Below are positions 1-7,934 of a DNA stretch of 31,544 nucleotides, one piece after another; positions within the stretch are counted from its first letter, which is position 1, and every line of letters begins with the position of its first letter. Under the pieces are notes generated by a model. It saw only the letters and a list, made by a program, of their open reading frames with translations, searched no databases and was not told where the DNA came from. Made by a program: the position numbers and the translations under genes. Source of the stretch: an uncultured Candidatus Saccharibacteria bacterium (GTDB taxonomy: Bacteria > Patescibacteriota > Minisyncoccia > Minisyncoccales > Staskawiczbacteraceae); contig CAZYSZ010000002.1 of assembly GCA_964650025.1 (NCBI GenBank), forward strand, positions 1-31,544, read 5' to 3'.

Positions 1-69
1 TCGCCCGCAAATTTGAAAAAAATCTTGCGAAAGCATTTCGTAATTCAAAGTATGTAAGTCTATTCTATC

Positions 70-103
70 AAAAAACCAGCGCCGATTCAACGCTGGTTTT
101 TTT
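70..103. terminator. Bidirectional intrinsic terminator
   Basis: aaaaaa-ccagcg / cgctgg-tttttt stem with A and T tracts, just downstream of the 112..660 stop. Confidence 0.75.
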
Positions 104-111
104 ATTCCATT

Positions 112-660
112 TTAACGAGAAGCTACATTTTTAATCGCCGTTTCGTACAGGGATAATATTTGCTTTCCACGCTCTGGGTCTAAAACAAAATCCGGTTCGT
201 AAACGATGGCATTGCGAACCACGTGCGCATCTATTACCTCTTCAACATTTGGCAGTACTCTGGTGCTGGCGGCTTGAGCGATTTGTTCAAACGTGTCGCC
301 TTCGTAATCCAAATCCTGCAGTTTTTGGTACAAAAAATCATCCATTTCTATGATTGCCAATTTTAGGTCAGGCACCGACCCAGACTCCGCGCGCTTTTTG
401 ATTTTCTTTAAATCGTTACTGATTTTTTTTAGCCCGTAACTTTCCTTAGAAAAAAATTCCATGGTATCTTGTAAAAATTTATACTGAATATAGCTACTAT
501 TTACATAAAACCAAATCACTGCGCAGAAAAAGAAGGCGGTAAAAAAGATGAATACCAATTTAACCGGAAACACCGCGTCCTGAATGGCCGGCGAAGAAAT
601 GAAGTAAATAAAGTCGCGGATACCCACGTAGTTGTAAATTTGATCCCAGTTGATAAGCAT
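112..660 (-). CDS. Hypothetical protein with one N-terminal transmembrane helix
   Basis: 182 aa ORF with hydrophobic segment LVFIFFTAFFFCAVIWFYV; co-oriented downstream of gatA; no family recognised. Confidence 0.8.
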   Translation of the reverse strand: MLINWDQIYNYVGIRDFIYFISSPAIQDAVFPVKLVFIFFTAFFFCAVIWFYVNSSYIQYKFLQDTMEFFSKESYGLKKISNDLKKIKKRAESGSVPDLKLAIIEMDDFLYQKLQDLDYEGDTFEQIAQAASTRVLPNVEEVIDAHVVRNAIVYEPDFVLDPERGKQILSLYETAIKNVASR

Positions 661-673
661 AAAAGTAAATCAC

Positions 674-798
674 AAATTCAAAATTATAAATCCCAAATAA
701 ATTACAACTACCAAAATCTAAATACAAAAATGTGTTTTAGATTTAAGTTTTGGGATTTGAGTATTATTTGGAGCTTGTAATTTTGAATTTGGAGCTTT
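674..798. repeat. Periodic hairpin element, family A (AT-rich, about 7-nt units)
   Basis: Left arm aaattcaaaattataaatcccaaataa and right arm ttatttggagcttgtaattttgaattt are reverse complements at 23/27; centre aaaatgtgtttt; related to 2251-2382. Confidence 0.85.
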
Positions 799-804
799 AT
801 TTAA

Positions 805-2250
805 TTATAACATCTTTTCAAGCTCCGATGCTACGGCGAGTATTTTATTATCCTCAAACCGGTTCCCGATAATCTGCAAACCCACCGGCAGTTTTCCTAT
901 TTTCCCAACCGGTAATGACAGTGCCGGAATGCTCGCCAACTTTACGGCTACGGTATAAACGTCAACCAAATACATAGAAAGCGGGTCGCTGGCTTTTTCA
1001 CCAACTTTAAAAGCTGGAAACGGAGCCACGGGTGAAAAAATAACATCTACCTTTTTAAAAGCCTCTGCAAAATCCTCTTTTAGTAACTCGCGGACTTCCT
1101 GGGCTTTTTTGTAATACGCATCGTAGTAGCCACTCGAAAGTGCGTAGGTTCCGATGATAATTCTGCGTTTAGGTTCGGCGCCAAAACCGACTCCCCTGCT
1201 TTGCAAATAAACATCCAGTAAATTATGCGCCTCTTGTTTGCTTAATCCGTATCTTATGCCATCAAACCGCGCTAAATTTGCTGATGCTTCACAGGGAGCA
1301 ATAATATAATAACAAGCCACCGCCAAATCAGTGTTGGGCAAACTAATCGGTACGATTTTAGCACCGGCACCTTCAGCTTTTTTAATAACGTTTTTGATTA
1401 TTTTTTCAACCTCCGGGTCAATACCTTTAGCAAAATACTCCTTTGGCACTCCAATTTTTAATCCTTTTAGGTTTGTGATTTGTGATTTGTGATTTGTGAT
1501 TTCCACACTCGTGGCATCCATCGGATCCTTGCCACAAATGGCCTCGAAGACAATTTTTGCGTCTTCCACGTTTTTGGTAATCGGCCCGATTTGGTCAAGC
1601 GAAGAAGCAAAAGCAATGGCTCCATACCGCGAAACCGCGCCGTAGGTAGGGTTTAACCCCACAACCCCGCAAAATGATGCGGGCAATCTAATTGACCCTC
1701 CGGTATCAGACCCCAATGAAAAAACGGCCTGGCGACCTGCCACGGATGCCGCCGGCCCGCCAGAACTTCCGCCCGCCACGCGCGTTACATCGTGGGGATT
1801 GCGAGTCACCTTAAATGCCGAGTTTTCCGTAGAAGCGCCCATGGCAAATTCGTCCAAATTAGTTTTTCCCAAAATCACCGCACCTTGCTTTTTTAGTCGC
1901 ACAATAACCGTCGCATCATATGGCGCCACATAGTTTTCCAAAATTTTGCTTCCAGCCGTCGCCTGCTGGCCCTCCACCAAAATATTATCTTTAATTGCAC
2001 AGGGAATTCCACAAAGTAAAGGAAAATCTTTTCCAGACCCTTCGGCTCCGCTCAGGACAAGAGAAATAATTTTGTCGGCTTCAATTGCCTGCTCCAACGC
2101 CAACTTTTCAGTAACTGCCAAATACGCCCCGATCTTGTCATCGGTTTTCTTAATTTGCTCCAAATAAGCTTTCGTAACCTCAACCGAAGTAAACTGCTTT
2201 TTTTTGAAGCCGTCGTGAAGCTGGGTGATTGTGAGATCTAATAGATTCAT
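805..2250 (-). CDS. gatA: Asp-tRNA(Asn)/Glu-tRNA(Gln) amidotransferase subunit A
   Basis: Amidase signature GKTNLDEFAMG, GGSSGG, GSDTGGSIRLPAS and RYDG-like RFDG; adjacent to gatC. Confidence 0.97.
   Translation of the reverse strand: MNLLDLTITQLHDGFKKKQFTSVEVTKAYLEQIKKTDDKIGAYLAVTEKLALEQAIEADKIISLVLSGAEGSGKDFPLLCGIPCAIKDNILVEGQQATAGSKILENYVAPYDATVIVRLKKQGAVILGKTNLDEFAMGASTENSAFKVTRNPHDVTRVAGGSSGGPAASVAGRQAVFSLGSDTGGSIRLPASFCGVVGLNPTYGAVSRYGAIAFASSLDQIGPITKNVEDAKIVFEAICGKDPMDATSVEITNHKSQITNLKGLKIGVPKEYFAKGIDPEVEKIIKNVIKKAEGAGAKIVPISLPNTDLAVACYYIIAPCEASANLARFDGIRYGLSKQEAHNLLDVYLQSRGVGFGAEPKRRIIIGTYALSSGYYDAYYKKAQEVRELLKEDFAEAFKKVDVIFSPVAPFPAFKVGEKASDPLSMYLVDVYTVAVKLASIPALSLPVGKIGKLPVGLQIIGNRFEDNKILAVASELEKML
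1472..1502. repeat. Four perfect tandem TTTGTGA heptamers inside gatA
   Basis: tttgtga x4 + ttt; read in frame as ITNHKSQITN. Confidence 0.9.
2038..2061. repeat. REP-like short element in frame inside gatA
   Basis: cccttcggctccgctcaggacaag; minus strand cttgtcctgagcggagccgaaggg encodes LVLSGAEG; resembles, from recall, the dispersed CCTGAGC...CGAAGG repeat type. Confidence 0.55.
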
Positions 2251-2382
2251 AAATTACAAATTCAAAATTACAAGCTCCAAATAAATTACAATAGTTAAAA
2301 TTTAAATTCAAAACGTGTTTTAGATTTTGAGTTTTGAAAATTGAGATTTATTTGGGATTTGTAATTTTTAATTTGGTGCTTT
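2251..2382. repeat. Periodic hairpin element, family A
   Basis: Left arm aaattcaaaattacaagctccaaataa is the exact reverse complement of the right arm at 764-790; centre aaaacgtgtttt; fills the gatC-gatA spacer. Confidence 0.85.
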
Positions 2383-2384
2383 CG

Positions 2385-2669
2385 TTAAAGTATCGCCTTA
2401 ACCTTAAAATATCCGTCCTTTTTATCCGGCGCCTGCGCCACCAAATTATTCGCCAAACTCGCTGGCCTTTCCATAACTTCATCTTTTCGCAATCCGTACG
2501 ACGTCGGACGTCGTACAACTTTTTCTTTTTTCAATTTCGGTGCTTTTTTAAGCACCATAAAATAATCCAAAATCGCCGACAAATCCTTTTGCATTTTTTC
2601 CGTTTCTTTCTCCGTCAACTCGAGCCTCGCCAACTTAGCAATATGTTTTACGTCGTCTTTTGAAATCAT
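2385..2669 (-). CDS. gatC: Amidotransferase subunit C
   Basis: MISKDDVKHIAKLARL N-terminus, ...DGYFKVKAIL C-terminus, 94 aa, upstream of gatA. Confidence 0.95.
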   Translation of the reverse strand: MISKDDVKHIAKLARLELTEKETEKMQKDLSAILDYFMVLKKAPKLKKEKVVRRPTSYGLRKDEVMERPASLANNLVAQAPDKKDGYFKVKAIL

Positions 2670-2675
2670 TTTGAA

Positions 2676-2714
2676 AGCGACACTAATTTACTAATTACAT
2701 TCGAATCTACTAAT
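2676..2714. repeat. Family D single arm (39 nt)
   Basis: agcgacactaatttactaattacattcgaatctactaat is similar to 12758-12796. Confidence 0.8.
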
Positions 2715-2747
2715 TACTGTAACAAAATTGTCAGCCCAATAAAAGAC

Positions 2748-2813
2748 TTGACGAATAGATTTAGGATATGTATACTTGAAATAAGAATCCGCTCATAACC
2801 CTGCAAAAGGAGG
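2748..2813 (+). promoter_or_regulatory. Sigma70 promoter and SD of an accessory cassette
   Basis: TTGACG (2748)-17 nt-TATACT (2771); AAGGAGG at 2807-2813 before ATG 2818. Confidence 0.75.
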
Positions 2814-2817
2814 CCTT

Positions 2818-3303
2818 ATGCCTAATGCTAGTGAACTTCAGCGGGAACAAGAATCCTTGTCTAATGGAAAAAACTTGATTGGCATCTTGATCTGGTTTGA
2901 GTTTCGTTTTACTGGTCGCCAGATTGTCATTCAACGACAACTGGGTAATCCAAACGATCCGTGGTGGATGTTGGGTGGCGAAATAGACATTCTGCCCAAT
3001 GAGCCAGCGCCTCGTGCTATCAAGCGGAAACTAAAACAAGATTTTGGTTTGGAAATTGACATTTGGTCCATTTCTCAAGATCCAATCCACCAATGCTTGC
3101 ACTCTTGGTGTGAAGGCAGCCTGCCAGCCACAACCGATATATTTTTGGTCAACGTCAATGACAAGGAGTTGGCCATAATATATCGAGTGCTGACTAATCG
3201 TCGGTGCGAGGTCGTAGCTCCTCACGCAGTTAACGTACCTCGAGATGAGCAATATCAACCCGCTCTAAGAGATTGCGCCAGTAAACTTTTTTGGCGCCAC
3301 TAA
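2818..3303 (+). CDS. Nudix-fold-like protein with a degenerate Nudix box
   Basis: WWMLGGEIDILPNEPAPRAIKRKLKQDFGLEI follows the Nudix-box spacing but lacks the REUxEE glutamates; has its own promoter, SD and terminator. Confidence 0.6.
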   Translation: MPNASELQREQESLSNGKNLIGILIWFEFRFTGRQIVIQRQLGNPNDPWWMLGGEIDILPNEPAPRAIKRKLKQDFGLEIDIWSISQDPIHQCLHSWCEGSLPATTDIFLVNVNDKELAIIYRVLTNRRCEVVAPHAVNVPRDEQYQPALRDCASKLFWRH

Positions 3304-3307
3304 TAAC

Positions 3308-3345
3308 AAAAAGCCCACGACGCAACCGCGACGTGGGCATTTTTT
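3308..3345. terminator. Intrinsic terminator of the Nudix-like cassette
   Basis: aaaaa-gcccacg...cgtgggc-atttttt. Confidence 0.75.
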
Positions 3346-3421
3346 ATTCAGAAAAAAATCTATAACGAGTTCTAGGAAAACAAATCTTGATGCAATAACC
3401 CCACAAGTTCGCGCCAGGCGA

Positions 3422-3563
3422 GCCGGTGATGGGAAAAGTAACTCACGCAGGAGAAAAAGCATGGTTTTTCTTGAGTCGCGACTCAAGAAAATTTTTCACC
3501 GAGGTAGTAGGGTGCAAAATCCGGCTGGGGATTTTGACACCCGGTACTTTTCCCATCACTGGC
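3422..3563. other. Multi-stem structured element of unknown class
   Basis: 19-bp closing stem 3422-3440/3545-3563 enclosing a 26-bp perfect palindrome (3466-3491) and a hairpin (3510-3542). Confidence 0.6.
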
Positions 3564-3571
3564 GAAGTACC

Positions 3572-4645
3572 CTACAGGGGCGCGCCCCATTCCTCATCCT
3601 TCTCCATCAAATTTTGCAGGCCTTCGATATTTTCCAGCGCCAATCCGCAACCCCGTACGACTGATGTCAACGGATCATCAATAATTCTACAGGGCATTTT
3701 TGTTTCGTGGGAAATTAAGACATCCAAACCGCACAACAAACTACCTCCGCCGGCCAGATAAATTCCGTTGGTCATTACATCAGCCAAAAGTTCCGGTGGA
3801 GTTTCCTCAATAGTGGTTTTAATGGCAAAAATAATTTGTTTTACGGATCTGTCCAAAGCCCGCTGAATATCATCATTAAACACTACCACCTCTTCGGGCA
3901 AACCCGTCACCAAGTTACGTCCGCGCATGGCAATTTCTTTTCTATCTTTTAATGGCATAGCACTGCCAATATTTATTTTAATCCATTCAGCCGTACGCTC
4001 GCCAATCAATAATTTATATTCTTTTTGCGCAAATTCCACAATATCATTGTTTAATTTGTCTCCCGCTACCCGCAAACTTCGGTAAGCCACAATTCCGCCC
4101 AAAGAAATCACCGCCACCTCCGTTGTTCCTCCGCCGATATCAACAATAAAGTTGCCTCCGGCGTCTTGAATGGGAAGCTTGGCACCAATAGCTGAAGCCA
4201 GCGGTTCTTCAATTAAAAAAACCTGTCTGGCGCCCGCATTTTTTGCCGCGTCGCGCACCGCTTTCCTTTCCACTTCGGTCACTCCGCAAGGAATACCAAT
4301 AATTACCCGCGGCGAATAACCAAAAATCCCGAACTTTCTTTTAGAACCGGCCACCGCTTTTTCAATAAAATATTTGAGCATTTGCTCGGTCACTTCAAAA
4401 TCAGAAATCACGCCATTTACCAAAGGCCGAGTTGCCGTAATATATGAAGGCGTGCGCCCCACCATTTTTTTGGCTTCTTCCCCAATGGCTAAAATTTGGC
4501 CGGTTTTATTATTGACCGCCACCACCGACGGCTCATTGATGATGATTCCCCGGTCTTTGACGTAAACTAAAGAATTGGCCGTCCCCAAGTCAATGGCCAT
4601 ATCCAAGGATAGAAAAGAAAATATTTTTTTGAAAGGATTGTACAT
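3572..4645 (-). CDS. mreB: Rod shape-determining actin-like ATPase MreB (copy 1)
   Basis: AIDLGTAN, EPSVVA, IEEPLASAIGA, VDIGGGTTEVA and LAGGGSLL motifs. Confidence 0.96.
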   Translation of the reverse strand: MYNPFKKIFSFLSLDMAIDLGTANSLVYVKDRGIIINEPSVVAVNNKTGQILAIGEEAKKMVGRTPSYITATRPLVNGVISDFEVTEQMLKYFIEKAVAGSKRKFGIFGYSPRVIIGIPCGVTEVERKAVRDAAKNAGARQVFLIEEPLASAIGAKLPIQDAGGNFIVDIGGGTTEVAVISLGGIVAYRSLRVAGDKLNNDIVEFAQKEYKLLIGERTAEWIKINIGSAMPLKDRKEIAMRGRNLVTGLPEEVVVFNDDIQRALDRSVKQIIFAIKTTIEETPPELLADVMTNGIYLAGGGSLLCGLDVLISHETKMPCRIIDDPLTSVVRGCGLALENIEGLQNLMEKDEEWGAPL

Positions 4646-4782
4646 AAATCAAATTCTAAATTCTAATCTCTAAATTCTAAACAAACTCCAATGCTAAAAA
4701 ATCCAAATTATAAATGTGTTGGTGATTTGAAAATTTGGTATTTGTAATTTGTTTAGAGTTTAGGATTTCGGATTTAGAGTTT
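4646..4782. repeat. Periodic hairpin element, family A-like; overlaps the proS 3' end
   Basis: aaattct/aatctct heptamers; tctaaacaaa pairs with tttgtttaga; centre aaatgtgtt; encodes ProRS C-terminal TLNPKS*. Confidence 0.8.
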
Positions 4783-6010
4783 TCACAATCTGGCTTATCT
4801 TCACCATCTTCACCTTGTCTTTACTTCTTTCCTTAACCTCCACTGAATTTGTGGCCAACGTTCTTTCTGAAATTACCACACGGCAAGGAATTCCCAACAA
4901 ATCACTTTCCGCGAATTTCTCGCCCGGATTTTTATTCTGCCTGTCATCGTATAATACTTCAATGTTTTCTTTTTTCAAGTCCTGATACAATTTTTGCGCC
5001 ACTTTGGCAACCTTGGGATTATTTTCCACTTGGATTACATGCACCGAAAACGGCGCCACGCTTTTTGGCCAAATGATTCCCTTGTCGTCGTGACTGGCTT
5101 CCACAATCGCCCCCAACAATCTGCCAAGTCCAATACCATAACACCCCATAATCACCGGTTTTTCGGTGGCGTCTTTATCGGTGAATTTCAAATTAAATGG
5201 CGTTGAAAATTTTGTTCCGAGTTTGAAAATATTTCCTACTTCAACTGCTTTTTTTTCTTCAAACGCCACGCCTTTGCATTTTGGACATGCTGGGTTTTCT
5301 TCTTTTATTTCTTTATTAATTGCAACACCACACTTTTTGCAAATATAAATAATATCTTCGCCGGCCTGGGTCAGCATTTGGAACTCGTCAGAATACTTTG
5401 AAAAACTTCCGCCTGATGCCAAGGTTTGGTAGGTTATTTTACCAATACCACATTCCTTAAAAATCTTCCCGTAGGCTTTCGCTAATTTTTCGTAATACAC
5501 ATCCAAGTCAGCTTGATTGGCATGGAAAGAATATAAATCTTTCATAAAAAATTCCCGTGTTCTTAAAATTCCGGATTTTGCCCGCAACTCATCCCTGAAT
5601 TTATTTTGGATTTGGAATACATACAACGGCAAGTCTCGGTAGGAAAAAACCATTTTCTTTGCAAGCGGAGCCACTACTTCTTCATGGCTCAAAGCTAACG
5701 CGTAATCTTTATCACCCGATCCCTTTAACTTAAAAAGCACGTCTACCGTATCCCACCGATTGGTTTTTTGCCAATTTTCTTTTGGATTGAGCGAAGGCAT
5801 CAACACTTCCTGCCCACCAACAGCTTCCATATTTTTTCTGATAATAGTTTCAATATTTTTAAGCACCCGATACCCCAGCGGCAAAAATGAATACACTCCC
5901 GACATGAGTTGATCCACATACCCCGCGCGCGTCAGCAAATCATGCGAAACCGAATCTGCCTCCGCTGATTTATTTTTGTTGGTTTTGTAAAAAAGTTTTG
6001 ACTGTAACAT
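4760..6010 (-). CDS. proS: Proline--tRNA ligase, short form without the INS editing domain
   Basis: QIQNKFRDELR motif 2, REFFMKDLYSF, MGCYGIGLGR motif 3 and an anticodon-binding domain; 416 aa. Confidence 0.95.
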   Translation of the reverse strand: MLQSKLFYKTNKNKSAEADSVSHDLLTRAGYVDQLMSGVYSFLPLGYRVLKNIETIIRKNMEAVGGQEVLMPSLNPKENWQKTNRWDTVDVLFKLKGSGDKDYALALSHEEVVAPLAKKMVFSYRDLPLYVFQIQNKFRDELRAKSGILRTREFFMKDLYSFHANQADLDVYYEKLAKAYGKIFKECGIGKITYQTLASGGSFSKYSDEFQMLTQAGEDIIYICKKCGVAINKEIKEENPACPKCKGVAFEEKKAVEVGNIFKLGTKFSTPFNLKFTDKDATEKPVIMGCYGIGLGRLLGAIVEASHDDKGIIWPKSVAPFSVHVIQVENNPKVAKVAQKLYQDLKKENIEVLYDDRQNKNPGEKFAESDLLGIPCRVVISERTLATNSVEVKERSKDKVKMVKISQIVKTLNPKS

Positions 6011-6023
6011 TTTTTATTAGGTT

Positions 6024-6108
6024 CTAGGGACTAGGTACTAGCGTCTAGGGAAACGACGTTGCCGTCCAATCCCTGGACCCTAGTCCCTAGAAGCTAGTCC
6101 CTCGTTTT
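6024..6108. repeat. Periodic hairpin element, family B (CTAG heptamers)
   Basis: 12 units in strict 7-nt register; 77/85 identical to 21131-21215. Confidence 0.93.
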
Positions 6109-7219
6109 AAAGCCCTGCTTTCCAAAAGTCTACCACCCTTGGAATATCAAACCTTATGGTAATGAAAAGCGATAGTAAAATCAAGATGACAAAGCAAATT
6201 ACCGTTAAGGTTTGCTCCCATGTTACCGGCACAGCTTTACCTCGCAGTTTTTCAATGAGTAAAAATACTAATTTTCCGCCATCTAGCGCCGGAATGGGAA
6301 ATAAGTTAAAAATGGCGACTAGAACAGAAATGGAACCGATAAAATATAAAAAGAATCCCGCGCCGTAGCTGGCGGCGTTAGCCAAAAAGATGGTAATTCC
6401 CACTGGGCCGGCGAGCTCCGCTCCACTTGGCACACCTTTACCAGAAAATAAATTAGCAAACACGCCGTAAATTCCTTGCAAGGATTTTACGGTCACCTCC
6501 CAAGTAAACGCCACGCCTTTAAAGGGCGCCATATAAAAAGGAACTTTTTGAATAATGGTGGCTAGACGCTGAAGCTGGACTCCTATGGCGCCCTGGTTGG
6601 CAGAAACACTGGTTCTGGGGCTTAACACCACCTCAATAGTTTTTCCCTGGCGTTGCAGATTTAGGGTTACGGGCTGACCATTATCATTTTTTACAAAATT
6701 CTGAAAATCCGCAACTTTGTCAACGCTAAGGCTTGAATTTTGATTTTTAATATAAACAATAATATCCCCAGCTTTTACGCCGGCAACATCGGCCGGAGAA
6801 TTTTTTTGAACCAACATAACCTGTACGCTAACATCCCCCACACCACCAACTAAATCGTCCACTGGAACTTTTGCTCCAATAGTAAATAATACCGAAAAAA
6901 TAATTATAGCCGCAATCCAAAACGCAATCACTCCACCAAGCACAATTAAAATTCTTTTCCAAATCGCCAAACCCGTAAAGCTTTTGGCGTCGTGCACATC
7001 GCCTTCTTCGCCGTAAATTTTTACAAACGCGCCAAGCCAAATCCAATTGACCGAATAAAACGTATCGCCAAACTGCTTTCCGAACATGCGCGGCGGGTAC
7101 CCAATACCAAATTCTTCCACGCGCACCCCAAAAAATTTCGCAATCACAAAATGCCCAAATTCATGGATGATCATCAGTAAAATCAGAGAGAAAAAGGCAA
7201 TCAATAATGTCAGAAGCAT
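6107..7219 (-). CDS. rseP: RseP-like site-2 (M50) zinc metalloprotease with a PDZ domain
   Basis: HEFGH, VEEFGIG, PDZ SPADVAGVKAGD and NLFPIPALDGG. Confidence 0.93.
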   Translation of the reverse strand: MLLTLLIAFFSLILLMIIHEFGHFVIAKFFGVRVEEFGIGYPPRMFGKQFGDTFYSVNWIWLGAFVKIYGEEGDVHDAKSFTGLAIWKRILIVLGGVIAFWIAAIIIFSVLFTIGAKVPVDDLVGGVGDVSVQVMLVQKNSPADVAGVKAGDIIVYIKNQNSSLSVDKVADFQNFVKNDNGQPVTLNLQRQGKTIEVVLSPRTSVSANQGAIGVQLQRLATIIQKVPFYMAPFKGVAFTWEVTVKSLQGIYGVFANLFSGKGVPSGAELAGPVGITIFLANAASYGAGFFLYFIGSISVLVAIFNLFPIPALDGGKLVFLLIEKLRGKAVPVTWEQTLTVICFVILILLSLFITIRFDIPRVVDFWKAGL

Positions 7220-7229
7220 TTAACAAATG

Positions 7230-7296
7230 AACTCAGGAACATATGAACGAAAGAACGGCGTTGTTCTTAGGTTTTTTAGTTTTTTAGTTCTTTAGT
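7230..7296. repeat. Periodic hairpin element, family E (8-nt units)
   Basis: 58/67 identical to 21622-21688; centre gaacggcgttgttc. Confidence 0.9.
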
Positions 7297-7298
7297 CA

Positions 7299-7853
7299 TT
7301 ACATCAAATCCTTTTCTTTACGTTCCACCAACTCCTTAATCTTTTTTTGATACTCGTCAATCAGTTTTTGCAGTTCATCCTTACCGCGAAATTTGTCGTC
7401 TTCGGAAAGCGCGCCTTCTTTTTCGGCTTTTTGAATTTTATTCCAGCAATCTTCGCGCCAGTGCCGTAGAGTTTGGCGACCTTCTTCAGCTTTGGCATTT
7501 AGCACTTTAACCAAACTTTTTCGGTATTCTTCGGTTAACATCGGCAAGCTTAATCTAATCACATTTTTGTCGACGACCGCAGACATTCCCAAGCCCGACC
7601 CGGCGATTGCCTGTTCAATGGGCTGAATATATGAAGCGTCCCAGGGCGCAATCACAATTTGGTTAGGTTCCGGGCAAGAAATGCTGGCCAGTTGGTTTAA
7701 CGTAAAAACGCTGTCAAAGGCTTTGACCTGGACGTCTTCTACCATGGAAGGCGTCGCCCGCGAGGTACGGACTTTATCCAACTCTTTAAGCAAAAATGAA
7801 TATGATTTTTCGAACTCGGGCTTGACTTTATCGATGAATTCTTTGAGACTCAT
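7299..7853 (-). CDS. frr: Ribosome recycling factor (start revised to MSLKEF)
   Basis: RTSRATPS, IAPWD, LTEEYRK and EDDKFR motifs; the upstream 7 codons of the ORF call lie in repeat family C. Confidence 0.95.
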   Translation of the reverse strand: MSLKEFIDKVKPEFEKSYSFLLKELDKVRTSRATPSMVEDVQVKAFDSVFTLNQLASISCPEPNQIVIAPWDASYIQPIEQAIAGSGLGMSAVVDKNVIRLSLPMLTEEYRKSLVKVLNAKAEEGRQTLRHWREDCWNKIQKAEKEGALSEDDKFRGKDELQKLIDEYQKKIKELVERKEKDLM

Positions 7854-7934
7854 GAAGCATGGATCATGAAACATGAAACACGAAACAACGACGTCGGCGT
7901 TTGCTTCATGCTCTATGCTTCATGCTTTATGATT
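7851..7934. repeat. Periodic hairpin element, family C (CATG heptamers)
   Basis: catgaag catggat catgaaa catgaaa cacgaaa ... catgctc tatgctt catgctt; related to 19917-19992. Confidence 0.88.

Noticed and set aside
1-57. Possible 3' end of a plus-strand CDS (frame 1 ends at TAA 55-57)
   Set aside because: Only 18 codons and no recognisable motif; the bidirectional terminator is suggestive but insufficient
3505-3545. ggtgcaaaatcc as a tRNA/tmRNA T-arm
   Set aside because: No acceptor stem, D-arm or CCA context could be built on either strand
3577-3588. ggggcgcgcccc palindrome at the mreB1 3' end
   Set aside because: 12 bp within coding sequence (WGAP); compatible with chance
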